From: Candidatus Heimdallarchaeota archaeon
GTDB lineage: Archaea; Asgardarchaeota; Heimdallarchaeia; Hodarchaeales; Hodarchaeaceae
DNA: 64,000 bases
Assembly: GCA_011364965.1 (NCBI GenBank)
Contig: RDOB01000004.1
Location: forward strand, 328,769-392,768
Direction of reading: 5' to 3'
The notes below the pieces were generated by a model. The model was not told the origin of the DNA and did not search any database. It was given only the letters and a program-made list of their open reading frames with translations. The position numbers were made by a program, and so were the translations under genes. This document shows positions 1 through 9,567 of the stretch, piece after piece (within the stretch, counting starts at the first letter, position 1; each line of letters opens with the position of its first letter).

Positions 1-365
1 TGTCCTTGAGTAATTAAGGTCTGAATTGCTTTTCCAACTGCAGTGGGAGAGACTCCAGCGATTTCAATTTGATCAATTGGGGTAGGATTCTTTATGAGTT
101 TAACTGCTTGAATGAGAGAATCCCGTTTTGATTGACCTGATCCGATTTCATCACCCTTGATCTTTTTTAAGGATGCCCTGACCGCACTGCCACAATCTTG
201 ACATTTAAAAGACCCCATGATTGTAAGGGTTACTCTTCCATCTTTATCTGGCATTGGGCTTATTAATTGCCACGTTTTTATTGGAGGATTTTCTGTTGGA
301 TTAATTATGCTTCCACATTTTTTGCAGGAAATTTGTTTTTTTCTACTTTTTTTTTCAGAACTCAT
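1..365 (-). CDS. Cren7-like zinc-ribbon protein with C-terminal extension (3' end truncated by window; absent from ORF track)
   Basis: Hand translation from ATG at 365: MSSEKKSRKKQISCKKCGSIINPTENPPIKTWQLISPMPDKDGRVTLTIMGSFKCQDCGSAVRASLKKIKG...; two CxxC motifs and a KTWQLxSPxPD...TIMGSFxC pattern typical of proteins annotated Cren7-like in Thermoprotei. Confidence 0.6.
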   Translation of the reverse strand, partial: MSSEKKSRKKQISCKKCGSIINPTENPPIKTWQLISPMPDKDGRVTLTIMGSFKCQDCGSAVRASLKKIKGDEIGSGQSKRDSLIQAVKLIKNPTPIDQIEIAGVSPTAVGKAIQTLITQG

Positions 366-386
366 GATAATTACCTTCTGCGTGAA

Positions 387-605
387 TTATTCAAAATTTC
401 CGCTTTGAATAGATGTTCTCAGACATGCATGGCAGATTTCTCCACCAAATGGTCGATCAACCCTTTTTCTACTTTTTGTGGATTTCGTTAGAATTCTTAA
501 ACTTATTCCGCAGATTCTACAATAAGATCTATTAGATCTTCTCTTAATTTTATGAATAACTAATTTGTTTCCTGGACTTCTTTTTTTTCGGATATTTTTA
601 GTCAT
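387..605 (-). CDS. rpl34e: 50S ribosomal protein L34e
   Basis: RSPGNKLVIH, CRICG, RVDRPFGGEICHAC; start taken at ATG 605. Confidence 0.9.
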   Translation of the reverse strand: MTKNIRKKRSPGNKLVIHKIKRRSNRSYCRICGISLRILTKSTKSRKRVDRPFGGEICHACLRTSIQSGNFE

Positions 606-623
606 AAGCAATTCTCCTTTTGA

Positions 624-1232
624 TCAATCTGGTTGAAGGCCAGCGATCTTTTGCATAATTGAACCGAAGGTAATAGAACCCCCAAAATACCACCATACAT
701 AGTTTGGTACAAATACAGTTCCCCATCCATCAACCCATGCATTTTTTCCAAGTGGAAATAGTATTGTTTCTGGTAAATTAAATGGTATAATTGCAGGAAT
801 GTTTCCTGAAACAACTGTGGCAATTCCTTGAACGTCATTTACTTGAATAGAGTAATAATTAGAAAATACAACGAAGAAAATCATAAGAGGAAGGAATGTA
901 ATTAAAAGAGGTCTCATTCGCATCATAGAAAGCTCAGATTGAACTTTTCGCATTCGATCTGCATTGCGTTCATATTTTAATTTCAATTTGCTATCTGCAG
1001 TCTTCATCATTTCCATTCGCATTTTATTGTATTTCTTAGTCTCTCTAGTTAATCGTTTCAATTTATCAACATCAATCATATATCTTGATATCAGTGTTGA
1101 TCCTAAAGATACAAAAAAGGACACTATTAACACAAAAATTGATGAAAGTGGGGGAGTTGTTGGTGGGAAGGCTTGTAAAATTGAAAGTGATGTATTAATA
1201 ACTCCTGTGACAATTGTTTCAAGTAAAACCAT
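624..1232 (-). CDS. EMC3/TMCO1 (DUF106, Oxa1 superfamily) membrane insertase
   Basis: TM1, coiled coil, MRPLLITFLP TM2 and C-terminal WWYF TM3; next to rpl34e as is usual in archaea. Confidence 0.85.
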   Translation of the reverse strand: MVLLETIVTGVINTSLSILQAFPPTTPPLSSIFVLIVSFFVSLGSTLISRYMIDVDKLKRLTRETKKYNKMRMEMMKTADSKLKLKYERNADRMRKVQSELSMMRMRPLLITFLPLMIFFVVFSNYYSIQVNDVQGIATVVSGNIPAIIPFNLPETILFPLGKNAWVDGWGTVFVPNYVWWYFGGSITFGSIMQKIAGLQPD

Positions 1233-1542
1233 TATAATATTCTTCCTGTCTCTATTTGCGCAATCTCTAATTTTATAAACGGATTTCTGTCCAACCTAGA
1301 CATTTATCGCTTTATTATTTTAATTTTCGTTAATTGCCACTTGATGAGTTCAATAGCTCATTGCCATTACTTATTCAGACAAGACATCAGCTTCAATAAG
1401 AGGGAGGATGTTTACAATAAAACTACTTCCAAAACTGCTCTAGATTATAGCTCTCTCGAAATAAATTTAAAATAAATTAACACTCGAAGAAATACTAAAA
1501 AAATTAGTCTAATCTACTTAAAAGTTGTTTCTCGAGAGTGAA

Positions 1543-2928
1543 CTATGATTTTCTAACCATTTTTTTGGCTTCCAGAGCATATTGGAGCACCTCAGCTACT
1601 GATCGATCTTCCAATTTTGTTTGCTTAAAACTAGCTATACGTTTAAATCTTGATAGTTCTTGGTGAGCTTTTCGTGCTTCTATATGTAACCCTTTCTGCT
1701 GTGCAACATCTAATACACGTTCCATCTCCGAAAGATCATCATCTTGATTCCCGATTGTTATTTTTAGCATGGCATCTACCATACTTGCCCGTACGTATCC
1801 TCTAATATGGTCTGTTTCCTCTGCAATATGAATTGCATCTTGGATCAAATTCTGAGCTATTGAAAGGTGCTCAGTATTAAAGTAAATTCGGTATTTATAT
1901 ATCGAAATCACAGCTAAACTGATTAACGCGCCATAAAGGTCAGAAACTCGCGCCTGATCCCTTCTCTTTATTATATAAGTGTATAATTCCTCTGCATTTT
2001 CCAAATTAAGCTTAGAAAGTTCTACATTACCTTTTATTAGGGCTAAAGCCATCTTTCCTTCAAAATATAAACTGGAATTGATATTTGCTTGCCTTAAAAG
2101 TTCATTTAAACGCGAGAGGAGCTGATCTACTTGTTTATATTCACCTAGTTCCAAGAAGAGATCTGAATATCTAGAGATATGGTTAAAAAGATCTGTTATC
2201 GGTATTTTTTCTCTTACTTCTTTAATGAGAGAGTTGAAATACTCATAATGCTCCCTAAGTGTGTCAATAGGATTTTGCTCTCTTGTTTGGATTTCAACAT
2301 CTATAAGAGAGACTATTAGTGCTACGATTTTTCTTTCATTATTTAAATGTCTGAATATCTGCAAAGAAATATCTAAATGATGTTTAGCTTCTTCAAGATT
2401 ACCTAAACGTAAAAATGCTTCCCCAATTCCATGGTGAATTTGAGCTATGAAGTATTTATTGTTCTCTTCAATGGCATATTGTAACGCAGTTTGGAGTTTC
2501 TTAAAGATGTAACCAAATTTTTCTGTCCCTTTTCTAATTAGATATTTGCTATAGACGTAGATTGAACGTATAAGGCCAATTTTGTCATTTATGTGTAAGA
2601 AAATGCTCTGAGATTCATGAAAGTACTTTATTGCCTCTTCTGAAGAGTTCGTTCTCAAAGCAAGTTCAATCAAGCAATAAGCTTCTCCTTTTTCATATCC
2701 TAAGTTTTTTGAACGGATTAGTAATTGCTGTACATCAAAAAAATCCTCTACTTTTCCCTCCCATATTCGTTGATACATTGCTAACATATTCAAAATATCA
2801 ATTTCAAGTTCTTCATTAGAAAGTCCAGATATTCCTCGTATTTTTTCTAATAAGCCAGACCAAATTTCAGCAGCTTTCGTTTCATTCCCGTGTACCCATT
2901 CATTCCACGCTTGGTTAAATTCCATCAA
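1543..2928 (-). CDS. TPR-repeat protein
   Basis: Helical repeats such as IAQIHHGIGEAFLRLGNLEEAKHHLDISLQIF. Confidence 0.75.
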   Translation of the reverse strand: MMEFNQAWNEWVHGNETKAAEIWSGLLEKIRGISGLSNEELEIDILNMLAMYQRIWEGKVEDFFDVQQLLIRSKNLGYEKGEAYCLIELALRTNSSEEAIKYFHESQSIFLHINDKIGLIRSIYVYSKYLIRKGTEKFGYIFKKLQTALQYAIEENNKYFIAQIHHGIGEAFLRLGNLEEAKHHLDISLQIFRHLNNERKIVALIVSLIDVEIQTREQNPIDTLREHYEYFNSLIKEVREKIPITDLFNHISRYSDLFLELGEYKQVDQLLSRLNELLRQANINSSLYFEGKMALALIKGNVELSKLNLENAEELYTYIIKRRDQARVSDLYGALISLAVISIYKYRIYFNTEHLSIAQNLIQDAIHIAEETDHIRGYVRASMVDAMLKITIGNQDDDLSEMERVLDVAQQKGLHIEARKAHQELSRFKRIASFKQTKLEDRSVAEVLQYALEAKKMVRKS

Positions 2929-2962
2929 TAAATGATTATAATCTGACAGAAAATCACATCTT

Positions 2963-4351
2963 TTATGCTTTAGTAATAAAGGGTCTTCTTTTTAGGAAAG
3001 AGTCGAATGCTTGTTCAAAATCGATTGCTTCTGCTATATGAAATTGTAATGCCGGATCCCTGGAAACAGGTTTTGTTAAATGTCTCTGTGCACATATTGG
3101 TATAACATATCGTATCCCACAACGAATCTTTCTACCAATTGGAGTATTGATATATTCTTTTTTCGATGTTGAATAACTACATTTTCTACATTTAAAACCT
3201 TGGTTCTTTCCCGAAGATGTAAGTGAAGAAGCACAGGATGGACATTTGGGGGTAATTTTCTTATATTGGGGACTTAATTGTAGTATTTGTATTTCCTCTA
3301 AATTTATTGTCATTGGGTGTTCACTTGATTCTGGACGTACTCCTCCCATAACTAATACCTCATCTGATTCTTTTAATTCTCTGATAATTTTTCTAAATCT
3401 TTTTGTTGGCTCATATGCTGCTACAGCAATCCTTTTATTTAAGGATTCAATGGAGAATATTACGTGCCCTCCAGGAAAATCTTTTGGTTCACTTATTACC
3501 TTCCCTCTCACTTTTACTGATGTATATGGTTCTATCTCCTCGATTGAGAATTCTTTTGGAAAATGAACCTGTGTATGCTGATTTGATCGGAAAATCATAA
3601 CATTTTTTACTGTTTGTGCAACTTTGATTTCTTCCCATACTTTTATTATTGCAGAAGTCGTTTCTCCTCTTATCCCACATATCACAGGATCAGGTCCATG
3701 CGGTATTATCATGACTTGTTTATGCTCATAGTCATAGTTGTTAAACGAGAGAGGATTTTTCTGATCTGCCTCAATAACGGATGGTTCATCTATTAACCTA
3801 TGAGAATTATTCTTAGGGTCTCTATAAGCAATTAATTCGTACGTATAATCATTTATAAGATTTGCAGCAATTGCAGATGTTGCTCCAATTAATCCACGTC
3901 CAGATTTAACCGTGTGAGTCCTAATAGATTCATATTCAGCTAATAATCTTTTCACTTCATCTAGAGGGATTACTTGAAATAATGCCCTTTGATACAAATT
4001 TAAAATCGAGTTCGGGATATCTCCCTTTATTAAAACCAAACCTGGATCAGTATTCTTATCTTGAATATCTGATAATTCCTCTGTTAACCTAACAAATTCA
4101 TTCCAAAGTAAATTGATTTTATTTTCTGGAGCAGAAAAAGTAATTGAAATCGCTCCATTACCTCTGGTTTTATATGGAATATTTGGATTCAAACGTATTA
4201 GTTTCGGAAAATCAAGTAATTTCACGTCATTTAATATCAAAAACTCCACAATTTGCGTTGCTAAATAAGTTGTGCACATTCCTGATTGGGAATCAGTATC
4301 GTCAATACCTAAATGCCATTTTTTTTGCACAGAATTTTGCTCCTTAAACAC
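2963..4351 (-). CDS. tiaS: tRNA(Ile2) 2-agmatinylcytidine synthetase
   Basis: GIDDTDS..GMCTTY, RLNPNIPYKTRGN, PHGPDPVICGIRG, OB fold, C-terminal CxxC..CxxC and RHLTKP. Confidence 0.95.
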   Translation of the reverse strand: MFKEQNSVQKKWHLGIDDTDSQSGMCTTYLATQIVEFLILNDVKLLDFPKLIRLNPNIPYKTRGNGAISITFSAPENKINLLWNEFVRLTEELSDIQDKNTDPGLVLIKGDIPNSILNLYQRALFQVIPLDEVKRLLAEYESIRTHTVKSGRGLIGATSAIAANLINDYTYELIAYRDPKNNSHRLIDEPSVIEADQKNPLSFNNYDYEHKQVMIIPHGPDPVICGIRGETTSAIIKVWEEIKVAQTVKNVMIFRSNQHTQVHFPKEFSIEEIEPYTSVKVRGKVISEPKDFPGGHVIFSIESLNKRIAVAAYEPTKRFRKIIRELKESDEVLVMGGVRPESSEHPMTINLEEIQILQLSPQYKKITPKCPSCASSLTSSGKNQGFKCRKCSYSTSKKEYINTPIGRKIRCGIRYVIPICAQRHLTKPVSRDPALQFHIAEAIDFEQAFDSFLKRRPFITKA

Positions 4352-5261
4352 GAGATAATATACCTGAGATTAGTAACGGTAGAACCAGAGTAACATCCGC
4401 CATAATATTAATCCACTTAGCACCTGATGCCACTTTTCCCCAGGAAATGGCCTCTTTCACGCTCGCTCCACTTACTCCTCCATGTTCAGGTCTATCCATT
4501 GTAATCTGAATTGCATAACTTAAACCGTTATGAAGTTGAGATCCATTCATTATGAAATGTTTTGGAACACCTCCTCCTAGGAATAAAGCCCCTATTTTAT
4601 TAGATTCATAAATTATTTCCGTAAATTCACTGTGATCTCTTAAAACATTAATATTTAAAGGAGTTGTTTGAGAGAATAGCCATGATTGAACTCCTAGCAT
4701 ACTATCTGCAAAAGAAGGTGAAAATATAGGGATATTCTTTTCGTATGCGGCTCTAACAAATGAATCACGATCATCTATGTGTTTCCCAAGTTCATAAATA
4801 AACTCACGTGTACTCATCTGACGATTCGGTATTGTTTCAAGCACTTTTTGTGCTAGAGTTTCAAATTTCGCAAAGGCATCATAAGGTACCAATGTACTAA
4901 AAATTCGGCTTACTTCCATTTCTTTTAATTTCATGTCATTTATGTCTTCTCTCCCATGATAATGTGATCCTCCTGAGGTTTCCATCAGATCATGACTTAT
5001 ATTTGCACCAGTTGTTACTATACAATCAACCAATTCCTGATCTATCATAATCTTTAAGATTTTTCTCATTCCTCCTGGAACCAAGGCTCCAGCTAATCCT
5101 AGAAATGTTTTACATTCTTTATCATTTATCATTTCTTCAAATATATCTGTAGCTAATGCAACTTTGCGGCAAGTGAAGCCACCCTCCTTCATTTCAATTA
5201 AAAGTTCATTCACTGTCATATTAGGTTTTATATTCACTTGCTTCATCTTTTTAAGTTTCAT
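4344..5261 (-). CDS. dhs: Deoxyhypusine synthase
   Basis: IVTTGAN, LGGGVPKH, HGGVSGASVKEAISWGK (catalytic Lys present). Confidence 0.93.
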   Translation of the reverse strand: MKLKKMKQVNIKPNMTVNELLIEMKEGGFTCRKVALATDIFEEMINDKECKTFLGLAGALVPGGMRKILKIMIDQELVDCIVTTGANISHDLMETSGGSHYHGREDINDMKLKEMEVSRIFSTLVPYDAFAKFETLAQKVLETIPNRQMSTREFIYELGKHIDDRDSFVRAAYEKNIPIFSPSFADSMLGVQSWLFSQTTPLNINVLRDHSEFTEIIYESNKIGALFLGGGVPKHFIMNGSQLHNGLSYAIQITMDRPEHGGVSGASVKEAISWGKVASGAKWINIMADVTLVLPLLISGILSRV

Positions 5262-5320
5262 CTCTTATAAAATCTCCATTTGGGGTTAAATCTTGGAATT
5301 AAAGTATCATATACTTCGAT

Positions 5321-6601
5321 TCACCCTTTTTTTTCAATGAAATAAACTTTGGGTCTTTTTTCAAGACAATAGGTTGAATTAAATGATAATGAATATGCGC
5401 CAGCTTGTAGGAAAACAAGTCTTTCTCCTTCTTCTAATTCTTCGAAATTATGTAAATATACCTCTTTAGATCTATTAGGTTCATAGATATCTAAAGTATC
5501 ATTAGAAGACCCAGCAATGCGATAAGTATACCACTTTTTTCCTTTTAAAACTGTTTTTTCTATAGGAAAGGTCCATTTTGCTACTATAACATCAGGAAGG
5601 GTATTATAAAAACTCCCATCAAGGCACGCAATGAAATTTTTTCGAGGATCGACTTTTATGTTTACTATAGATGTAGCTAAGAGCGCTGCGGGAGCTGTTA
5701 AATATCTTCCTGATTCAGCTATTATCATCAACTCAGGAAAGCTATCCTTGATCGTTATTTTAACAATTTCAGCAAATGAGGATATTTTTTCTATAGGTTC
5801 TTGTTTATATTGGACTGGAAATCCTCCTCCAATATCTAGAACATTAGTTTTAATTCCACACTCCTTTAGCAACGAAATTAATCCCTTAATTTTCTCTAAG
5901 CCTTTTTTATATATTGTAATGTCTTCAATCTGACTTCCCAAATGAACATGGAGTCCTTCATAAGACAGTATCTTTGATTCTATACAATGAAGAAGAATTT
6001 GCTTGAACTCTGAAGCCTCCTCTAAATTCATTGGGATGACGATCCCAATTTTACTTGTCATTCCTGAGCAGGAAAAAAGAATGTTCTCAAGTTCTACTAA
6101 TGGATTTACACGAATTAACACATTTATCGTAAAATTTCCTTTTTTCGCTTCATCTTCTATTCTTAACATATCACTTAATGAATCTATTGCAATGTACCGC
6201 ACTCCAATTTCCAATGCAAATCTAATGCTTTTTGCAGTTTTAACAGCATTAGTATAAATTATCTTATTTCCACTGGTTCCTGAATTTAGTATTTGTTCCA
6301 TTTCTCCAATACTGGTTGCTTCAAACAAGCTAGAAACTCTATTAAAAACGTTTATTATTCGTTTATCTGGATTTGATTTAATTGAGAATGCTAATTCAAA
6401 AGGTTTAATCCCCCATTTGGCAAAACATTCAATGAGTGAGTAGTATTGCATTTCAAGTACTTTCTCTGAAAAAATAAACGAAGGGGTTCCAATTTCATTC
6501 AAAAGGTCTTCTATATCTTCCCCATCAAATTCTAATCTTCCTCTAGTTCTTTTTAGCAGAGGAAAATTAGTAACTGGCCTTTGATTATTATCAATTTCCA
6601 T
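5321..6601 (-). CDS. PLP fold-III (Orn/DAP/Arg) decarboxylase; substrate uncertain
   Basis: FSIKSN (PLP Lys), HVHLGSQ, DIGGGFP, ESGRYL, GAYS; the usual GPxCD motif reads GSSND. Confidence 0.85.
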   Translation of the reverse strand: MEIDNNQRPVTNFPLLKRTRGRLEFDGEDIEDLLNEIGTPSFIFSEKVLEMQYYSLIECFAKWGIKPFELAFSIKSNPDKRIINVFNRVSSLFEATSIGEMEQILNSGTSGNKIIYTNAVKTAKSIRFALEIGVRYIAIDSLSDMLRIEDEAKKGNFTINVLIRVNPLVELENILFSCSGMTSKIGIVIPMNLEEASEFKQILLHCIESKILSYEGLHVHLGSQIEDITIYKKGLEKIKGLISLLKECGIKTNVLDIGGGFPVQYKQEPIEKISSFAEIVKITIKDSFPELMIIAESGRYLTAPAALLATSIVNIKVDPRKNFIACLDGSFYNTLPDVIVAKWTFPIEKTVLKGKKWYTYRIAGSSNDTLDIYEPNRSKEVYLHNFEELEEGERLVFLQAGAYSLSFNSTYCLEKRPKVYFIEKKG

Positions 6602-6693
6602 AATTGATCATAAAATGAGAAAACAAATAATTTGAAAAACCTTTATCTTTTTGGTTCTTGTTCGATCATTTACAAAAGTTGATGTGAATTTTC

Positions 6694-7623
6694 TTGAGTT
6701 CTCTGAAATATCTATCTTATGAACCCGAAATGTTGTGTGGTATATTTAAGTCGAATTGGGAAGACAATGATGAGAATTTTAACTTTTTGGGAGTACCAAT
6801 TGACATCACTTCTTCATATCGGTGTGGAGCTAGACTTGGGCCAGATAGTTTCCGTAAGATCCTATCCTCGGAAAATTTCGAATGTTCCTCAGAATCAGAA
6901 ATTGATCTAATAAAACACTATAGGATAAAAGACTGGGGAAATATTGGTATTATTCGCTCTGATATATCCAAAAGTATTGAGAGGATTTCTGAGGGGGTTT
7001 TCTCTATATTGAGCGAGGGAAAACCATTACTTGTTTTTGGAGGAGATCACAGTACTACAATTGGCGTTGGTCATTCCCTAGAAAATTTAAATCTTTCTAC
7101 ACATATTATTTATGTAGATTCCCACCTAGATCTCTATGATGAGCTTATGGAAACTAGATTCTCTCATGGTTGTACGCTTAAAAGACTTACTGAGCTTAAT
7201 AATTACGAGGGAGCAACACTATTGGGTTATAGAGATTTTACTAAAGATCAATTATCGTTAGCACGAAATGAGCGGATTAAACTTTTTTCCACAAATGAAT
7301 TGATTTCACTTCCAAATTTATACCAATTCGGCTATGATCTAGGTATTAAGCTCAAAGAAAAACATTCTAATATTCATATTTCCCTTGATCTAGATGTTTT
7401 AGATCCAAGTGTGGCTCCAGGGGTGGGAAATCCTGTAGCTGCAGGTTTAAATACACGGGAATTACTTTGGTTGCTATCGGGGATTTTTCAAAGCTTGAAA
7501 ACTACTCATATAAAAAGCTGGGATATCGTTGAATATAACCCACTTTTTGATGTCTCTGAAATAACGGGGTTCGCTATCGTTAAAATCTTGATCGAATGTC
7601 TTTCTTCATTAATTATTCAATGA
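6694..7623 (+). CDS. speB: Agmatinase (ureohydrolase family)
   Basis: GGDHS, DSHLD, SHG, SLDLDVLDP, DIVEYNP metal-binding motifs. Confidence 0.85.
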   Translation: MSSLKYLSYEPEMLCGIFKSNWEDNDENFNFLGVPIDITSSYRCGARLGPDSFRKILSSENFECSSESEIDLIKHYRIKDWGNIGIIRSDISKSIERISEGVFSILSEGKPLLVFGGDHSTTIGVGHSLENLNLSTHIIYVDSHLDLYDELMETRFSHGCTLKRLTELNNYEGATLLGYRDFTKDQLSLARNERIKLFSTNELISLPNLYQFGYDLGIKLKEKHSNIHISLDLDVLDPSVAPGVGNPVAAGLNTRELLWLLSGIFQSLKTTHIKSWDIVEYNPLFDVSEITGFAIVKILIECLSSLIIQ

Positions 7624-7752
7624 ATAGTGGCGTTACATTTTCTTAATCAACTGATATAATTCTTTGAGTAGCTAGACGAGAGACCAAATAATCAAGGTAG
7701 AAAAGTATAAAAAAAACGTAAAAATCCTTCAACAAAATAGGATGTTACTAAA

Positions 7753-8967
7753 ATGGCTAAAGAAGCTACAAATTTTTTCAGTATAGAAATTAAAGAGATA
7801 CGCGATGCTGGTCGTGAATGGGTACATCGAAAGTTAGAGGGTCCTAGTGACACAGTGTGTAGGGTAGAGGGGAATCAAGTCATTATGCTATGTTCTAATA
7901 ATTATCTCGGATTATCCAACCATCCTGAAATGAAAAAAGCAGCTATTGCAGCAATTAAATCCCATGGAGTAGGTTCAGGATCTGTACGTGCTATCGCTGG
8001 TAACATGGATCTTCATGAGAAATGGGAAAAGCGCCTTGCCGAATTTAAAGAACAGGAAGCTGGTTTCATTACATCTGCTGGCTTTGCTGCTAATCAAGGA
8101 GTTATTCAGCAACTCGCTCCCTCTGGTGAAGATGTTATTTTATCAGATCGTCTAAACCATGGATCAATAATTGATGGAGTGAGAACTACAAAAGCTCAAA
8201 GAGCTGTATATGAACACTGCGATGTAGCTTCTTTAGAGGAAGAACTGAATAAGCTGTCAAAAAATGATCCCAGGAGAATTTTAGTAATCACTGATGGCGT
8301 TTTTTCAATGGATGGTGATCATGCTCCTCTTGATGAAATTTACAAGGTTGTAGAACCTCATAGTAATGCAATTATTTATGTGGATGATGCTCATGGCGAT
8401 GGGGTTCTTGGAAGAAATTTTTCAGGAAAAGGACTTGTTGACCATTATAACTTACAGGGAAAAGTTCATATTGAGATGGGTACTTTTTCTAAGGCATTTG
8501 GAACTATGGGGGGGTCTATTGTAGGCTCTAAAGAGCTAGTTACTTGGTGTCGGAATAAAACCCGATCTTACCTCCTATCTGCTAGTCACCCTCCAGCTAC
8601 AGCAGCTGCTTCCATTAAAGCTCTTGATATTATTGAAAGAGAAGAACCAGATCTAGTTAAACGTCTTTGGAATAATATTAACTATTTCAAGAAAAGAATA
8701 ATTGATATGGGGTATAACCATGAGATTACGGCTGCATCCACAACTGCAATTATTCCAATCATTTTTGGAGATCCTATTAAAGCCAAAGAAGCTTCTGATT
8801 TATTATATTCCGATTATGGAATATTCGCATTACCAATTGTATTTCCAATGGTACCAAAGAATTTAGATAGAATTAGGGTTCAAATGAATGCTGCTTTAAC
8901 AACAGATCAACTTGATACAGGACTCCGAGCCTTTGAAGAGTTAGGAAACAAGCTTAAAATTTTCTAA
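7753..8967 (+). CDS. kbl: Glycine C-acetyltransferase / alpha-oxoamine synthase family
   Basis: CSNNYLGL, LNHGSIIDG, TDGVFSMDGD, VDDAHG, GTFSKAFG, RIRVQM. Confidence 0.8.
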   Translation: MAKEATNFFSIEIKEIRDAGREWVHRKLEGPSDTVCRVEGNQVIMLCSNNYLGLSNHPEMKKAAIAAIKSHGVGSGSVRAIAGNMDLHEKWEKRLAEFKEQEAGFITSAGFAANQGVIQQLAPSGEDVILSDRLNHGSIIDGVRTTKAQRAVYEHCDVASLEEELNKLSKNDPRRILVITDGVFSMDGDHAPLDEIYKVVEPHSNAIIYVDDAHGDGVLGRNFSGKGLVDHYNLQGKVHIEMGTFSKAFGTMGGSIVGSKELVTWCRNKTRSYLLSASHPPATAAASIKALDIIEREEPDLVKRLWNNINYFKKRIIDMGYNHEITAASTTAIIPIIFGDPIKAKEASDLLYSDYGIFALPIVFPMVPKNLDRIRVQMNAALTTDQLDTGLRAFEELGNKLKIF

Positions 8968-9017
8968 TGTCTTCTTTGTTTTACTAATACAGATCACGTT
9001 AAAATCAAGGCTGTCAT

Positions 9018-9437
9018 TCACTTTTTTTCCTCTAGTACTTTCCTTTTTGGTTTATAATCGACCTTACCAGAATATCTAAAGACTTGACCACAGTCGGGGC
9101 AGAACCAATATTTCCGTGATGCTTCATCGCCACGCGAAAATTGGTAAAATCCCTGAAATATAGCATTAGGATGTCTACAGCGCTTTTTTTTTCTTTGATC
9201 ATAAGATTGAATCATAACTTTCGGAATTGGAGGCGGTTCATTTTCATCAATGATGCGTGTAAATTCTTTTGGAGAATGATTTATGGCTAATTTCTCTTGG
9301 AACATTGTTGTATTGTTGGTGCTCTCCTTTTTTTTACATTTAATGCAATATAATACTATTTTTTCTGAAGTATCCTTTTTTGGAATTAAAAGGCTCCCAC
9401 AATTCTGACAAAATGGAGATATTGAGTTATTAGTCAT
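9018..9437 (-). CDS. TFS/RpoM-family zinc-ribbon transcription factor (divergent)
   Basis: N-terminal FCQNCGSLL..CIKC; C-terminal QFSRGDE acidic loop and CPDCG. Confidence 0.8.
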   Translation of the reverse strand: MTNNSISPFCQNCGSLLIPKKDTSEKIVLYCIKCKKKESTNNTTMFQEKLAINHSPKEFTRIIDENEPPPIPKVMIQSYDQRKKKRCRHPNAIFQGFYQFSRGDEASRKYWFCPDCGQVFRYSGKVDYKPKRKVLEEKK

Positions 9438-9567
9438 TTTTCAAATCCACATTCATTTTTGAAGATATATAGCTTTTGCTTTATTAGAAAAGATTGTTTA
9501 TTTTTTGTAAAATAGAATCCAAAATAAAAGCAATATTCCCTCAGATTCAATTCTTGGCGATATAACA

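Noticed and set aside
217-491. Plus-strand ORFs 217-408 and 267-491
   Set aside because: Antisense shadows of the Cren7-like gene and rpl34e
7753-8967. Possible serine palmitoyltransferase (GTFSK motif)
   Set aside because: GSVRAIAG, TDGVFSMDG and RIRVQM fit KBL-type enzymes better; no sphingolipid context; a tree would be needed
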